Shown here piece by piece: positions 35,875-45,973 of a DNA stretch of 64,000 nt (within the stretch, counting starts at the first letter, position 1; each line of letters begins with the position of its first letter). The notes beneath the pieces are model-generated. The model was not told the DNA's origin. It was given only the letters and a program-made list of their open reading frames with translations, and did not search any database. The stretch covers positions 745 through 64,744 of the forward strand of contig CAZHKE010000008.1 of NCBI GenBank assembly GCA_964532485.1, given 5' to 3'. A program made the position numbers and the translations under genes. This DNA is from an uncultured Bifidobacteriaceae bacterium (GTDB lineage Bacteria; Actinomycetota; Acidimicrobiia; IMCC26256; PALSA-555).

Positions 35875-37197
35875 ATGACGCTCGACCCGACCCGGCGCCA
35901 CTTCTCCCCCGAGATCGAGGCGATGCCCCGCGCCGAGATCGACGCGCTGCGCGAGGAGAAGCTGCTCGGCGATCTCGTGCCGTGGTCGTACGAGCGGTCG
36001 GGGCTGATCCGGGAGACCTGGGACGCAGCCGGCGTGAAGCCGTCCGACATCCAGTCGATGGACGACTACCACGAGAAGGCACCGTTCATCGACAAGGACG
36101 CGATCCGCTCGTACCGCGACCGGCACGGCGACCCGTACGGCGGCCTGCTGTGCCTCGACCCGGCCGACCCGTCGATGAAGGGCATCTTCTCCGCGATCTT
36201 CTCGACGTCGGGCACGACCGGTGACCCGACGCCGGCGCCGTACGCCGGGCGCGGCCCCAGCATGCTGGTGCGCGAGTTCTGGGAGCTCGGCGCTCGCCCC
36301 GGTGACCACTTCCTGCACTGCCTGTTCACGTTCCGCGGGCCGGGCATCCACGACACGATCCGCGGCATCGGCGCGACGCCGGTCTTCGTCGACCACCAGC
36401 CCGGTGACGTCGAGCAGCTCTTCCGCTTCAGCCGCGAGCTGCGCCCGACCGGGTGGTACACGCTCTCGGGACCGCTGATCATGATGATCGAGGAGGCAGC
36501 CTCGCGCCTCGGCGTCGACCTCGACGACGTGTGCTCGTCGTACAAGGGCGTCATCTTCGCGGGCGAGCCGCTCGGGCCGCGCGCGCGTCAGCGCGTCGAG
36601 GAGTGGGGGCTCGAGCTGTTCATCCAGACGAGCCTCGGCGACGTGGGCGCCGCCACCGAGTGCCAGGAGCACGACGGCTGCCACATGTGGGAGGACTGCG
36701 CATACATCGAGTGCCTCGACCCCGAGGGAACGAAGCCGGTCGCCGCGAGTGAGCGCGGCGAGCTCGTCTCGACGACGCTCGTCGACAAGATCGCGCCCCT
36801 GCTCCGGTACCGCTCCGACGACCTGGTGCGCGTCTCGCGCGAGGAGTGCAGATGCGGGCGCACGCACGGTCGTGTGTGGCCGCTGGGCCGCAAGGGCGAC
36901 GAGCTGGTCGTCGACGGGGTGTCGGTGTTGCCCGGCGACGTGTGGGGAGCGGTCGAGAGCATCGACGAGACGAACGGACTGTTCCAGCTGATCCGTCCCG
37001 CGCGCGAGGTCGACACGCTCCGCCTGCGCGTCGGGTACTCCTCGGAGGGGCGGGGCGGTCTGCCCGCGCTGCGGGGCCGCGTCGAGGACGCCGTCGAGGA
37101 GGCCGTCGGGGTGCGGCCCGAGATCGATCTCGTCGAGCGCGACATCCTCCTTCGGCAGGGTCCGCCGCACAAGATCCCGCGGGTGACGAAGGCATGA
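35875..37197 (+). CDS. phenylacetate-CoA ligase (PaaK)/coenzyme F390 synthetase family adenylate-forming enzyme
   Basis: 440 aa; P-loop FSTSGTTGDPT, GELVSTTLVDKIAPLLRYRSDDL. Confidence 0.85.
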   Translation: MTLDPTRRHFSPEIEAMPRAEIDALREEKLLGDLVPWSYERSGLIRETWDAAGVKPSDIQSMDDYHEKAPFIDKDAIRSYRDRHGDPYGGLLCLDPADPSMKGIFSAIFSTSGTTGDPTPAPYAGRGPSMLVREFWELGARPGDHFLHCLFTFRGPGIHDTIRGIGATPVFVDHQPGDVEQLFRFSRELRPTGWYTLSGPLIMMIEEAASRLGVDLDDVCSSYKGVIFAGEPLGPRARQRVEEWGLELFIQTSLGDVGAATECQEHDGCHMWEDCAYIECLDPEGTKPVAASERGELVSTTLVDKIAPLLRYRSDDLVRVSREECRCGRTHGRVWPLGRKGDELVVDGVSVLPGDVWGAVESIDETNGLFQLIRPAREVDTLRLRVGYSSEGRGGLPALRGRVEDAVEEAVGVRPEIDLVERDILLRQGPPHKIPRVTKA

Positions 37198-37207
37198 GGA
37201 TTGAAGC

Positions 37208-37879
37208 GTGACCTTTGCGAGGGAGTTCGAGGCGCCACCCGAGGTGTGGGGCGTGGGGCGTGTCGTCGTCGGCCATGAGATCGTGCCGTGGCCCGTCAGC
37301 GAGGCCGACGTCGTCGACGAGACCGACATCGTCGAGCAGCACTACCGAGCGCTCGGACTCGGCGACGACGACCTCGTGCTCGTGGTCGCGCTGCTGTCGC
37401 AGGCCATCCACGCGGTGCCACTCGAGGCCGGCGCAGGACGCGTCGGCGCGCTCTACTCGTCAGCCGACGCGACCCGCTTCGACGCCTTCCGCACCGCGTC
37501 GCTGATCCGACAGCTCGAGGCGAAGGTCGTGATCGGCGTCGACGCGGAGATCGTCACCGGGCTCGACGACCTCGCGCGAGACCTCGCAGACGTGTTCGGC
37601 AGCGTCGCGGCCGTCGTGGCGGCGGACGAGGTCGCGTACGCGCGGCTCTCGGACGCGGCGCTCCCGACCGGGCGCTACCTGAGGCTCGGCCCGACGAGCG
37701 CCGTCGCGGTGCCGGGTGACGACGCGCTCACGTACGACGCGTCTCGCTGGCAGGTCGAGGAGGAGGACGGAGCGCTCGTGCTCACCAACCTCGTCGAGCG
37801 CTACACCCCGTGCGACCGCTTCCCCACCGGCATCCGCGGCGGCGTCCCCGAACCCGGGAGGATCCTGCTCTCTCCGTGA
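37208..37879 (+). CDS. truncated PaaK-like paralog lacking the adenylation P-loop
   Basis: 223 aa, GTG start 11 nt after the PaaK-like stop. It aligns by eye with the middle of the upstream protein (...DGALVLTNLVERYTPCDRFPTGIRG versus ...GELVSTTLVDKIAPLLRYRSDD). It has no SSGTTG-type motif and no C-terminal domain. Confidence 0.55.
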   Translation: MTFAREFEAPPEVWGVGRVVVGHEIVPWPVSEADVVDETDIVEQHYRALGLGDDDLVLVVALLSQAIHAVPLEAGAGRVGALYSSADATRFDAFRTASLIRQLEAKVVIGVDAEIVTGLDDLARDLADVFGSVAAVVAADEVAYARLSDAALPTGRYLRLGPTSAVAVPGDDALTYDASRWQVEEEDGALVLTNLVERYTPCDRFPTGIRGGVPEPGRILLSP

Positions 37880-37922
37880 TGCGTCTCTCACCCCTGTATG
37901 CGCGGGTGACGGACGCATCCAG
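37880..37922 (-). repeat. 43-bp palindromic repeat, copy 5, reverse
   Basis: Reverse complement CTGGATGCGTCCGTCACCCGCGCATACAGGGGTGAGAGACGCA. It starts at the nucleotide after the TGA of 37208..37879 and ends 9 nt before the convergent methyltransferase stop. Confidence 0.9.
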
Positions 37923-37931
37923 AGAGAGCGG

Positions 37932-38597
37932 TCAGCGCTTGCGGAGGACCGTGACGCCGTCGCCGAGCGGGAGGATCGCCGACTCGACGCGGTCGTCGCG
38001 GGCGACCAGGTCATTGAACGCACGGATCGCCAGCGTGTTCTCGTCCTGCGCCGACTCGTCGATCACGGCACCGCCCCACAGCGTGTTGTCGATCAGCAGC
38101 AGCCCGTCGGCGCGCACCCGCGGCAGCAGCTCCTCGAAGTAGTCGGCGTAGCTCGGCTTGTCGGCGTCGATGAACACGAAGTCGATGGGCTCGTCCGTCG
38201 GCAGCGCGCGCAGCGTCTCGATCGCGGGCGCGATGACGAGGTCGATCCGATCGTCGACGCCGGCACGCTTCCACGCCTCACGCCCGAGCGACGTCCACTC
38301 CTCGCTCACGTCGCAGCACAGCAGCCGGCCGCCGTCGACGAGGCCGCGCGCGATGGAGAGCGCCGAGTAGCCGGTGAACGTGCCGACCTCGACCGCGCGC
38401 CTCGCCCCGATCGCTCGCACCAGGAGCTGCATGAACGCGCCCTGCTCGGGAGAGATCTGCATCATCGCGAGGTCGGAGACCCGCGACCTCGTCTCCTCGA
38501 TCAGCCAGCGCTGCACGTCGTCGGGCGGCGTGCCGTGATCGACGACGTACTCGGCGATCTCGGCGCCGAGGAAGAACGATTTCGGGTCGTCAGGCAT
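37932..38597 (-). CDS. class I SAM-dependent O-methyltransferase (caffeoyl-CoA/catechol OMT-like)
   Basis: 221 aa; VEVGTFTGYSAL, FIDADK; its ATG overlaps the AftD paralog 2 stop (ATGCCTGA). Confidence 0.85.
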   Translation of the reverse strand: MPDDPKSFFLGAEIAEYVVDHGTPPDDVQRWLIEETRSRVSDLAMMQISPEQGAFMQLLVRAIGARRAVEVGTFTGYSALSIARGLVDGGRLLCCDVSEEWTSLGREAWKRAGVDDRIDLVIAPAIETLRALPTDEPIDFVFIDADKPSYADYFEELLPRVRADGLLLIDNTLWGGAVIDESAQDENTLAIRAFNDLVARDDRVESAILPLGDGVTVLRKR

Positions 38598-41500
38598 CGT
38601 CGGAGGCTACCGATCGCCGTCGCCGCCGGATCCACTGCACGACCACGTCGGCTCCGAGCAGCCAGACGGCCAGCCAGGCGAGATCGCCGACGTCCTCGAA
38701 CCGAGACGGCCAGCTCGCGATCGTCGGGTAGCCGTTGCGAGCCTGCTGCACGACGACGTAGCCGGCGGCGAGCGCGAACGCCGCGACGCTGCCGATCGTG
38801 AGCACGATCCGGCCACGCGGCCACCGCAGCGCGGCCGCGGCCGCGAGCCCGACGACGACGCCGACCCACGGGCGGGATGCGATGCCGGCGACGAGCCCGA
38901 CGCTGATCACCGCCGCGACCGTCACGCCGACGGACGGTGCAGCGCCGCGCGACGACAGGGGCGACCGGAGTGCAGGGGTCTCGACATCCGGGCTGGGCGC
39001 GTGCGCATAAGCGGTGACGAGCACGGGCCGGCGGCGCAGCGCGAGGACGAGGCACACCAGCACCGCGAGCACCGAGATGCCGATCGCCCACCAGACCAGG
39101 CCCTGGGGTGTCCAGCGCAGCCGGATCGTCAGCTCGCCCGCGCCCCGCGGCGTGATCCGCCAGCCGTTCGCGTAGCCGTTCACGAGCGTGCGGTCACCGA
39201 CCCTCGCGGCACCGTCGACGTCGAGCTCCCACCCCTTGTTCTCGCTCTGCCCCAGCACCAGCCAGAACGGGCGGCCGGTCGTCGAGAGCTTCGCGTCGAC
39301 GCGCGTCGGCCCCTCGTCGTCGACGCGTGCACGCGCGCCCGATGCCCGGTCTTCCGGCCCGAGGAGCCCGGGCGCGAGCGGGCCGCCGCCGACCTCGGAG
39401 CCGAGGACGAGCCGATCGAGGTCGACCCCGCTCACCGCCCCCGACTGCGTCCGCACCACGTGGCTCCCAGCGGTGAGGTCCATCGTCGCCGGATCGCAGG
39501 CCTCGACCGCGAGCGTCCTTCCCGCCTCCGCGGCGGCGACGTCGCCGCTGACTCGCACGCCGGCGGGCCTGTCGTCGATCGAGACCATCTGCTCGCATCG
39601 GTCGGGCAGCGTCGCCGGGTCCGCCGGCGTCGGGACGCCGGCCATCCCGACCGAGGCGATCGCGACGGGCAGCACCCGGTCGCGACCCGTGCGCGCGTCT
39701 CGCGTCGTGACCGGACCGACCTCGTCGACCTGCACGCGGAAGCTGCTCCCGGTGACGGGCTCGAACGAGACCGGCACGGTCGCCACCGGGCTCTCGGGAC
39801 CGGGGTTCGCGATCGGTGGGACGTCGATCGTGCGGGCCGGCTGCCCGTCGACGTCGAGTCGCAGCCGCGTCGGGACCGAGTGCCGGCCGTCGGCGACGAC
39901 GCGCAGGTCGAGCCCCGACACGGTGACGGGCGCGCTCAGCCGTACGCCGACCCACTGGCCGGTCTGGTCACCGGCGGGCGCCGTCCAGGCCGTGTCGGCG
40001 TCGCCGTCGAACGCACGCGACGCGCGGGCGCCCGCGTCGCCGCGCAGGTGGCCGGATGCCTCGAACACCGCACCGGATGCGGTCGTCCCGAGCACGTCGT
40101 CGAGCGTGGCGTCGTCCGCGTTCGGGTCGAGGCGCGCCTGTCCCGCGAGGGAGAACGATCGCGCCGTTGGCAGCTCGAACCGGCGCACCATCGTCGGCTC
40201 CTCGGCGTGACGTCGCGTCGAGGCGGGCTCGTACCCGAGGCGCGACATCAGGAGTACGAGCGTGTGGTCGATCGACGCGTCACCGGCGGCGCGGAGCAGC
40301 CGCGTGGGCATGCGGACGATGTCGCGCGCGTGCGGCACGACGTCGTCACCGATCTCGACCTCGCTGAAGCCGACCCCGTTGACACCGCCGTAGCTCGCGA
40401 GCTCGCCCGTGCTCGTGTCGAGCACCTCGATCTCGACGTGGCCGATCGGGCGCGGATCGAAGCGCACGACCTGGCCCGCAGGCGTGCGTGACGCGTCGTC
40501 GAGGTCGACGTCGATCGACTCGCCGCCGCCGAGGTGCAATCGCACCTTCGTGACGAAACGGTCGCCCGGCGGGTCCTGCGGCTGGACGAGCGTGATCCGA
40601 TCGGCGGACCCGGCGGGATCGACGTCGATGATCAGCCGCTCGCCCGCGGGGTCGTCTTCACCACCGACGCGCCAGGCGGTCGTCGGGTCGCCATCGAGCG
40701 CGTTGCTCGGCCGTTGATCGGGCGCGTAGATCGACCGCTCGCCATATGCCGTCGCGGTGACGCGCGCGTCGCCGCGCTCCTCCACCACGGTCCGATCCCG
40801 GTCGTCGCTGCCGGGGAAGACGTCGAGGCGCTTGTCTTCCGGGTCAACGGAGCGGGGGTCCTCCTCGATCGGCGACTCCCCCGCCCGTTCCGTGCGCCCG
40901 GTGACGTCACGGATCGCGCCCCAGCGGCGCGCCCGACGCCGGTTCGTGTCGGAGACGACGAGGTCGGCGTTGTCGTCGAGTGCCTGTCGGAGGCCGGTGG
41001 GGTCGTCGGCGAACGACGCGGAGTAGAGGACGACCTCGGTGCCGTCGATGAGCCCCGCGGCCGCGAGGTCGACCAGCCCCTCGCCGTCGCCCGCGACGAG
41101 CACCGGCTGCCGGGTCGTCGCGGTGTGCAAGATCGACGGCACGTCGGTCACCCCGAAGAGCGCGACCTCGGGCGGCCAGGATGCGTCGCGTGGCGTCGCG
41201 AGCTCGAGCTCGTCGAGGACCGGGAACCTCGTCGCCGGGTTCGGCGCTCCCGGCCCGTAGCCGCGGGGCGCTTCGAGCCCGGGTGCGCGCGGATCGGTCA
41301 GCGCGGCCCAGAGCAGGCGTGGCCGTGGCGTGTCGGAGCGCTCCCACTCGAGGTCGGATCGCAGCAGGACCGTGCCGCTGCTGAGCAACCGCGCGATCGG
41401 CGCGAGCGAGTCGGGCTCGAACGTCCCCTCCTGCATGCGGTGATCGAGGGCGATCGCCAGGTTCGCGGCGGCGGGTGACCCGAAGTACGGGATCAGCTCG

Positions 41501-42987
41501 CGCGCGACCCAGGGCCGGTCCAGGAGGCCCGGCGTGATCGGGTCCGACGTGGTGCCCCACCGGTACGCAGCGCCCGGCGACCCCGGGATCTCCAGGACGC
41601 GCGTGCTCGACGACTCACGGTCGAGCGCGGCGATCGCGTCCTGCCAGTACCGCGGGACGTCGCCGCGGCTGTTGCGTTCGGCGATGTAGCCGTCGCGCCA
41701 CACGGGGACGAGCACCAAGAGCGTCAGTCCGACGACCCCCACGGCCGCGACCGTGCGCCAACGCCGGGCCCAGCGGGCGGCGAGGGCGTCGAGCCCCGCG
41801 GCCAGCAGCACCGCGACGGCGAGCGCGACGAGGGGGACGGCGCGAGGCGTGCTGCGCATCGCGAGCCCGGCCGTGGATCCCGTCGCCCACGACTTGAAGA
41901 GCGCGCCCAACGGCGACGGGTGGTCGTAGGGGAACGCGCCGACCGCCGCGACCGTCCCGATCACGAGCAGCACGACGAAGTACGCGCGATGGCGCCAGCG
42001 CGTGACGGCCGCGGCGCCGAGGGCGAGCAGCGGCAGCAGGAAGCTCGCTCCGAGCAACCAGGCCTTCTGGGTGAAGTCGACGGCCTGCGGGATCCACGGC
42101 CCGACCGCGTCGCCGCCGTAGAAGAACCAGTTGCCGAGGCCGCGCAGCACCTCGGTCGGCGAGGAGCCCTCCGCGACGGTTCGGACGGTCTCGCTGACGT
42201 CGAGGTAGTTGATGCCGTAGCCGCCCTGGAGCACGAGACCGGCGATCCACCACAGCGAGGTGACGAAGCAGAGCACGCCGATCCGTGCCGCGACGCCGAG
42301 GGCGCGCCGGACGTCGGACTCCCCGTTGACGACCGCGAACACCAGCCACAGCACCGGGGCGAGGCCGACGAGCAGCAGCGATGTCGCGTTCGTGCTCCCG
42401 ACGGTGAGCGTGAGGAGCGCGAACAACGCGGGATCGCGCCAGCCACCCCGCCGGAGCGCGCGCGCCGTCAGCGCGATCATCCACGGCAATCCGGCCCAGG
42501 GCAGGAGGATCGCCGAGATCCGGCCCGTGTACGCGAGCTGGTACGGCGTGAGCATGTACACGAACGCGGCGGCGAGTGCGGTCCAGCGGCTCTGCCAGCG
42601 CAGGGTGCGAAGCAGGAAGAGGACGCCCGCGCCGGCCGCGAACACGATCGAGCCGAGCCAGAGACGCTGGGCCACCCAGTCGGGGATGCCGAGCGTGTCG
42701 AAGAGCCAGAAGAACGGCCCCATCGGGAACAGGTAGCCGATGTTCTGGTGCGTCAGCGTGCCCGCGCCGTAGCCGGAGTCCCAGAGGTAGGGCGCGTCCG
42801 CGAGCAGCCGGCCCGGATCGAGGTACAGGTACTGCTTCGTGTCGGCGCTGACTCGCCCCGGCGCCGAGAGGAGGAACGGGACGTACGCGACGAGCGCGAG
42901 GAGCAGCGCGCCCGGGAGCCAGCGGCGCCGATCGGGCCGCGCGTCCACCGCCTCCCTTGCGGTCGTGCCCGTCGCGGCCTTGGTCAC
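38590..42987 (-). CDS. aftD: AftD-family arabinofuranosyltransferase-like giant GT-C protein (paralog 2)
   Basis: GTG at 42987 overlaps the GT4 stop (GTGA), giving 1465 aa. PGRVSADTKQYLYLDPGRLL...NIGYLFPMGPFFW...GIPDWVAQRLW; discoidin-like ALDGDPTTAW and AFDGDADTAW. The track ORF extension to 43791 overlaps the GT4 gene out of frame. Confidence 0.9.
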   Translation of the reverse strand: MTKAATGTTAREAVDARPDRRRWLPGALLLALVAYVPFLLSAPGRVSADTKQYLYLDPGRLLADAPYLWDSGYGAGTLTHQNIGYLFPMGPFFWLFDTLGIPDWVAQRLWLGSIVFAAGAGVLFLLRTLRWQSRWTALAAAFVYMLTPYQLAYTGRISAILLPWAGLPWMIALTARALRRGGWRDPALFALLTLTVGSTNATSLLLVGLAPVLWLVFAVVNGESDVRRALGVAARIGVLCFVTSLWWIAGLVLQGGYGINYLDVSETVRTVAEGSSPTEVLRGLGNWFFYGGDAVGPWIPQAVDFTQKAWLLGASFLLPLLALGAAAVTRWRHRAYFVVLLVIGTVAAVGAFPYDHPSPLGALFKSWATGSTAGLAMRSTPRAVPLVALAVAVLLAAGLDALAARWARRWRTVAAVGVVGLTLLVLVPVWRDGYIAERNSRGDVPRYWQDAIAALDRESSSTRVLEIPGSPGAAYRWGTTSDPITPGLLDRPWVARELIPYFGSPAAANLAIALDHRMQEGTFEPDSLAPIARLLSSGTVLLRSDLEWERSDTPRPRLLWAALTDPRAPGLEAPRGYGPGAPNPATRFPVLDELELATPRDASWPPEVALFGVTDVPSILHTATTRQPVLVAGDGEGLVDLAAAGLIDGTEVVLYSASFADDPTGLRQALDDNADLVVSDTNRRRARRWGAIRDVTGRTERAGESPIEEDPRSVDPEDKRLDVFPGSDDRDRTVVEERGDARVTATAYGERSIYAPDQRPSNALDGDPTTAWRVGGEDDPAGERLIIDVDPAGSADRITLVQPQDPPGDRFVTKVRLHLGGGESIDVDLDDASRTPAGQVVRFDPRPIGHVEIEVLDTSTGELASYGGVNGVGFSEVEIGDDVVPHARDIVRMPTRLLRAAGDASIDHTLVLLMSRLGYEPASTRRHAEEPTMVRRFELPTARSFSLAGQARLDPNADDATLDDVLGTTASGAVFEASGHLRGDAGARASRAFDGDADTAWTAPAGDQTGQWVGVRLSAPVTVSGLDLRVVADGRHSVPTRLRLDVDGQPARTIDVPPIANPGPESPVATVPVSFEPVTGSSFRVQVDEVGPVTTRDARTGRDRVLPVAIASVGMAGVPTPADPATLPDRCEQMVSIDDRPAGVRVSGDVAAAEAGRTLAVEACDPATMDLTAGSHVVRTQSGAVSGVDLDRLVLGSEVGGGPLAPGLLGPEDRASGARARVDDEGPTRVDAKLSTTGRPFWLVLGQSENKGWELDVDGAARVGDRTLVNGYANGWRITPRGAGELTIRLRWTPQGLVWWAIGISVLAVLVCLVLALRRRPVLVTAYAHAPSPDVETPALRSPLSSRGAAPSVGVTVAAVISVGLVAGIASRPWVGVVVGLAAAAALRWPRGRIVLTIGSVAAFALAAGYVVVQQARNGYPTIASWPSRFEDVGDLAWLAVWLLGADVVVQWIRRRRRSVASDDA

Positions 42988-44132
42988 GCGCGCCGGCGGG
43001 CGTCGGCGGCGAGCGCCTCGAGAGTCCCGAGCGCGGTCGCGTCCCAGGTGCACTGCGCGGCACGGGCGACCGCACCCGCACCGAGCCGATCGCGCGTCGC
43101 GATGTCGGTCAGCACGCGTTCGAGCGCGTCGGGGAAGTCGGCGATCCGGCCGACCAGCAGACCGCTCTCGCCGTCGCGCACGGCGTCGCGATGTCCGGCG
43201 ATGTCGGTCGCGACCGCGGGCGTGCCGCACGCTGCCGCCTCCGTCAGCGTCATCCCCCACCCCTCGCGCGCCGAGGTGCTCGCGACGACCCACGTGCGAC
43301 GGTAGAGATCGACCAGCTCGGCGTCGTCGACGCGACCCGGCAGTGAGATCCAATCCTCGGCGCCACGCTCTCGGATGAGGCTCTCGAGCCTCTCTCGCTC
43401 GTAGCCCTCCCCGACGATGACGGCGACGAGCTCGGGCACCCGCGGCTTCAGCGCCGTGAGCGCGTCGACGAGGAGATGGAACCGCTTCACCGGCACGAGG
43501 CGGCCGACGGCGAGGACGAGCGGGCGCTCGGCCTTGCTCCCCGCTGGGGTGAACGAGGCGTCGACCCCGGGGTGGACGACCTGGACGCGATCGGCGGCGA
43601 AGTGCATGTCGTGCACGAGCTCGCGCTTGGACGACTCCGACAACGTCACGATGGATGTGCCGCGATAGAGAGGAGGTGCGAGGCGCGACTCGATGAACCT
43701 GCCGACGCGGGCGAGGTCCGGCGACAGGGTCATGTCCCACATCTCGGCGTGGAGATGGTGCAGGAACACGACGCGAGGGCACCGCGCCCACAGCGGCGAG
43801 AAGAAGGGCATGCCGTTCCAGATCTCGACGAGGCCGTCAGCGGGTCCGTGCAGTCCGGTGAGCTCCGCCAGCGCGGCGCGGGGGAACACCATGTAGCGCC
43901 CCGCGCGGCGCACCACGCGGTAGCCGCTCCGACGAGTCACCGCCGGGTGGTCGGCCGCGAACGACGTGCGCATCGTGATGTCGAGGCCCGCACCCGCCCA
44001 CCGCGAGGCGATCTCGTGCGCGTGCAGCTCGGAGCCACCGGCTTCGGGGTCATCGAGGTCGCGCCACATCAGGATGTGGATGCGCCGCAGCCCGGCCGCG
44101 GCCGCGACGTCACCGAGCTTGTTCGTGGTCAT
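42984..44132 (-). CDS. glycosyltransferase family 4
   Basis: 382 aa; GT-B with EGWGMTLTEAAACGTPAVATDIAGHRDAV (E-x7-E) motif. Confidence 0.9.
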   Translation of the reverse strand: MTTNKLGDVAAAAGLRRIHILMWRDLDDPEAGGSELHAHEIASRWAGAGLDITMRTSFAADHPAVTRRSGYRVVRRAGRYMVFPRAALAELTGLHGPADGLVEIWNGMPFFSPLWARCPRVVFLHHLHAEMWDMTLSPDLARVGRFIESRLAPPLYRGTSIVTLSESSKRELVHDMHFAADRVQVVHPGVDASFTPAGSKAERPLVLAVGRLVPVKRFHLLVDALTALKPRVPELVAVIVGEGYERERLESLIRERGAEDWISLPGRVDDAELVDLYRRTWVVASTSAREGWGMTLTEAAACGTPAVATDIAGHRDAVRDGESGLLVGRIADFPDALERVLTDIATRDRLGAGAVARAAQCTWDATALGTLEALAADARRRA

Positions 44133-45556
44133 GTCGCGACCGGCTCGGGTGTGCGGTCGCCGCTCGGGTCGCGGGCGGTGTCGTCACCGTCGTCGCCCGG
44201 GTCGGGAGCCGGACCACCCTCGGCGGGCACCTCGCCGCCCGACGGGGACGCGCCGCGCGGCGGGAACCATCGATCGAGCAGCGCGGCCAACGGCACGGCG
44301 GCGGCGATCACGATGGCGATCTCGGCCGGGACGCGATACCGAGTTCCGCCGAACGCGATCATCGCGGCGAGCGTGCACGCGATCGCCATGCCGATGAGCG
44401 GATAGATGATCGTGCGCCGCTTGCGGAGCATCACGAGACCGATGATGGCGAGGACGAACAGCACGTAGAACTGTGCGAGCGCGACCTTGGTGAGAACGAG
44501 CGGGTTGCGACCCTGCTCGAAGCTGTCCCAGTCCAGCTTCTGGAAGGGGTCGTACACCTCCCACATACGACCCACGCGCGCGGCCACGACCACCGGGAAC
44601 CGTCCGAGGTTGTCTCCGAGGTAGTCGAGCCCCTCTTGGCGGAAGTGCTTCGCCTGGTCGGACTCGTCGCCCTCGATCTTCCAGCGGTTGTCCATGCATC
44701 TGAGGTCCCACCAGCCGACCCGGTCGCCGTAGAACGTCGAGTCGCAGTAGGTGTTGCCGAACGTGAAGTCGCCGCCGGTCGACAGCGTGACCGGGTTGTT
44801 GAAGCGCGCCATGTTGAAGACGACCCACGGCAGGATCGGCACGGCGGCGAGCACGAGGATCGCGACGCCGCGTCGGACCCGGTCGCGGCTCGTGAGGCTG
44901 CGCGCGCCGATCACGAGCGGCAGTGCGACGATCGGGAAGTAGACGACGAGCTCGGCCCGCGTGAGGGCGGCCAAACCGGCCGAGAACCCGAACAGCATCG
45001 CGTTGCGCATCGTCGGTTCGCGCCAGAAGCGGTAGGCGAACCAGATCACCAGCGCGCACAGGAGCGCGGTGATCGTCTCGGACATCACGAGCGCGTCGTT
45101 GATGAACAGGTTCGCGTACACGACCGCGATGAACGCGGCGATGATCCCCACGCGCCGGCCGGCGACGGCGCGGCCCGCGAAGCCCACGACGCCGCACGTG
45201 ATCGAGCCGAGGATCGTGCCCGCGACGACATGCTCGCGGAACGTCTGGAACCCGAGTGCCGAGGGGATCGAGAGGAACAGCGTGTACAGCGGCGGGTGCT
45301 CCGCGCCCGGGCGCACGCCCGTGCCCCGCAGCGCCCACGACCACGGATCGAGGAACCACAGCCCGTCGGCAAGGGCATTCGCCTGGTAGTGGTAGTAGCC
45401 CGCGTCCCCACCGATCTGGTCGGTGAGGACCGAGATCGGCTGGTCCCACTTCCAGCCGATCGCGTAGCCCAGGCGCACGGCCAGCCCGAGCGCGACGGCG
45501 CCGAGCATCCAGTAGCAGAACGTGCGCAGGTTGTCTCGCGGAGACTCCACGCGCAT
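44129..45556 (-). CDS. GT-C fold membrane glycosyltransferase (ArnT/PMT-like)
   Basis: 475 aa; polytopic; GGDAGYYHYQANALADG first-loop motif; ATGA overlap with the GT4 start. Confidence 0.75.
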   Translation of the reverse strand: MRVESPRDNLRTFCYWMLGAVALGLAVRLGYAIGWKWDQPISVLTDQIGGDAGYYHYQANALADGLWFLDPWSWALRGTGVRPGAEHPPLYTLFLSIPSALGFQTFREHVVAGTILGSITCGVVGFAGRAVAGRRVGIIAAFIAVVYANLFINDALVMSETITALLCALVIWFAYRFWREPTMRNAMLFGFSAGLAALTRAELVVYFPIVALPLVIGARSLTSRDRVRRGVAILVLAAVPILPWVVFNMARFNNPVTLSTGGDFTFGNTYCDSTFYGDRVGWWDLRCMDNRWKIEGDESDQAKHFRQEGLDYLGDNLGRFPVVVAARVGRMWEVYDPFQKLDWDSFEQGRNPLVLTKVALAQFYVLFVLAIIGLVMLRKRRTIIYPLIGMAIACTLAAMIAFGGTRYRVPAEIAIVIAAAVPLAALLDRWFPPRGASPSGGEVPAEGGPAPDPGDDGDDTARDPSGDRTPEPVAT

Positions 45557-45565
45557 CGGGCGATT

Positions 45566-45973
45566 CTATGCGGTGCCCTCGTCGGGCCTCAGTGCGGGCG
45601 CCTCCTCGCCGTCCTGTCCCGCACCCCGCTCCTCGGCCTCTTCGGCGCGCACCCGCTCGATGGCGAGCTCCTCGGCGAGGGTGCGCACGCGGACCTCGAG
45701 TCGTGAGAGCTCCCAGGAGAAGTGGACGACGACGGCGAAGAGGAAGCCGATGGCGAGCAGGAAGAAGAAGGCCGGCGCGTAGTCGAAGCCGAGCCAGTGC
45801 GCGACGTCGTCGAGCAGCGACGGGACGACCGCCAGCGGGAGCAGCACGACGGCGATCCCCAGCCACAGCAGCGCGTACTTGCTGCGCAGCTGCCGGAGTG
45901 CCACGAGCCTGACGATGAACAGGGTCGCGGCGAGCGCGAGGACGACGACGAGGACGTGTGCCGACGTGCTCAT
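45566..45973 (-). CDS. DUF2304 family small membrane protein
   Basis: Start at internal ATG 45973 overlapping the GT2 stop (ATGA); LRSKYALLWLGIAVVLL...FFFLLAIGFLF... then a coiled C-terminus. Confidence 0.75.
   Translation of the reverse strand: MSTSAHVLVVVLALAATLFIVRLVALRQLRSKYALLWLGIAVVLLPLAVVPSLLDDVAHWLGFDYAPAFFFLLAIGFLFAVVVHFSWELSRLEVRVRTLAEELAIERVRAEEAEERGAGQDGEEAPALRPDEGTA

Noticed and set aside
38590-43791. Track ORF of 1733 aa, suggesting an even larger AftD-like protein.
   Set aside because: The extra 268 N-terminal codons are Arg-rich and overlap the well-supported GT4 gene in another frame. A GTG at 42987 forms a GTGA overlap with the GT4 stop and is followed directly by the conserved AftD N-terminus.
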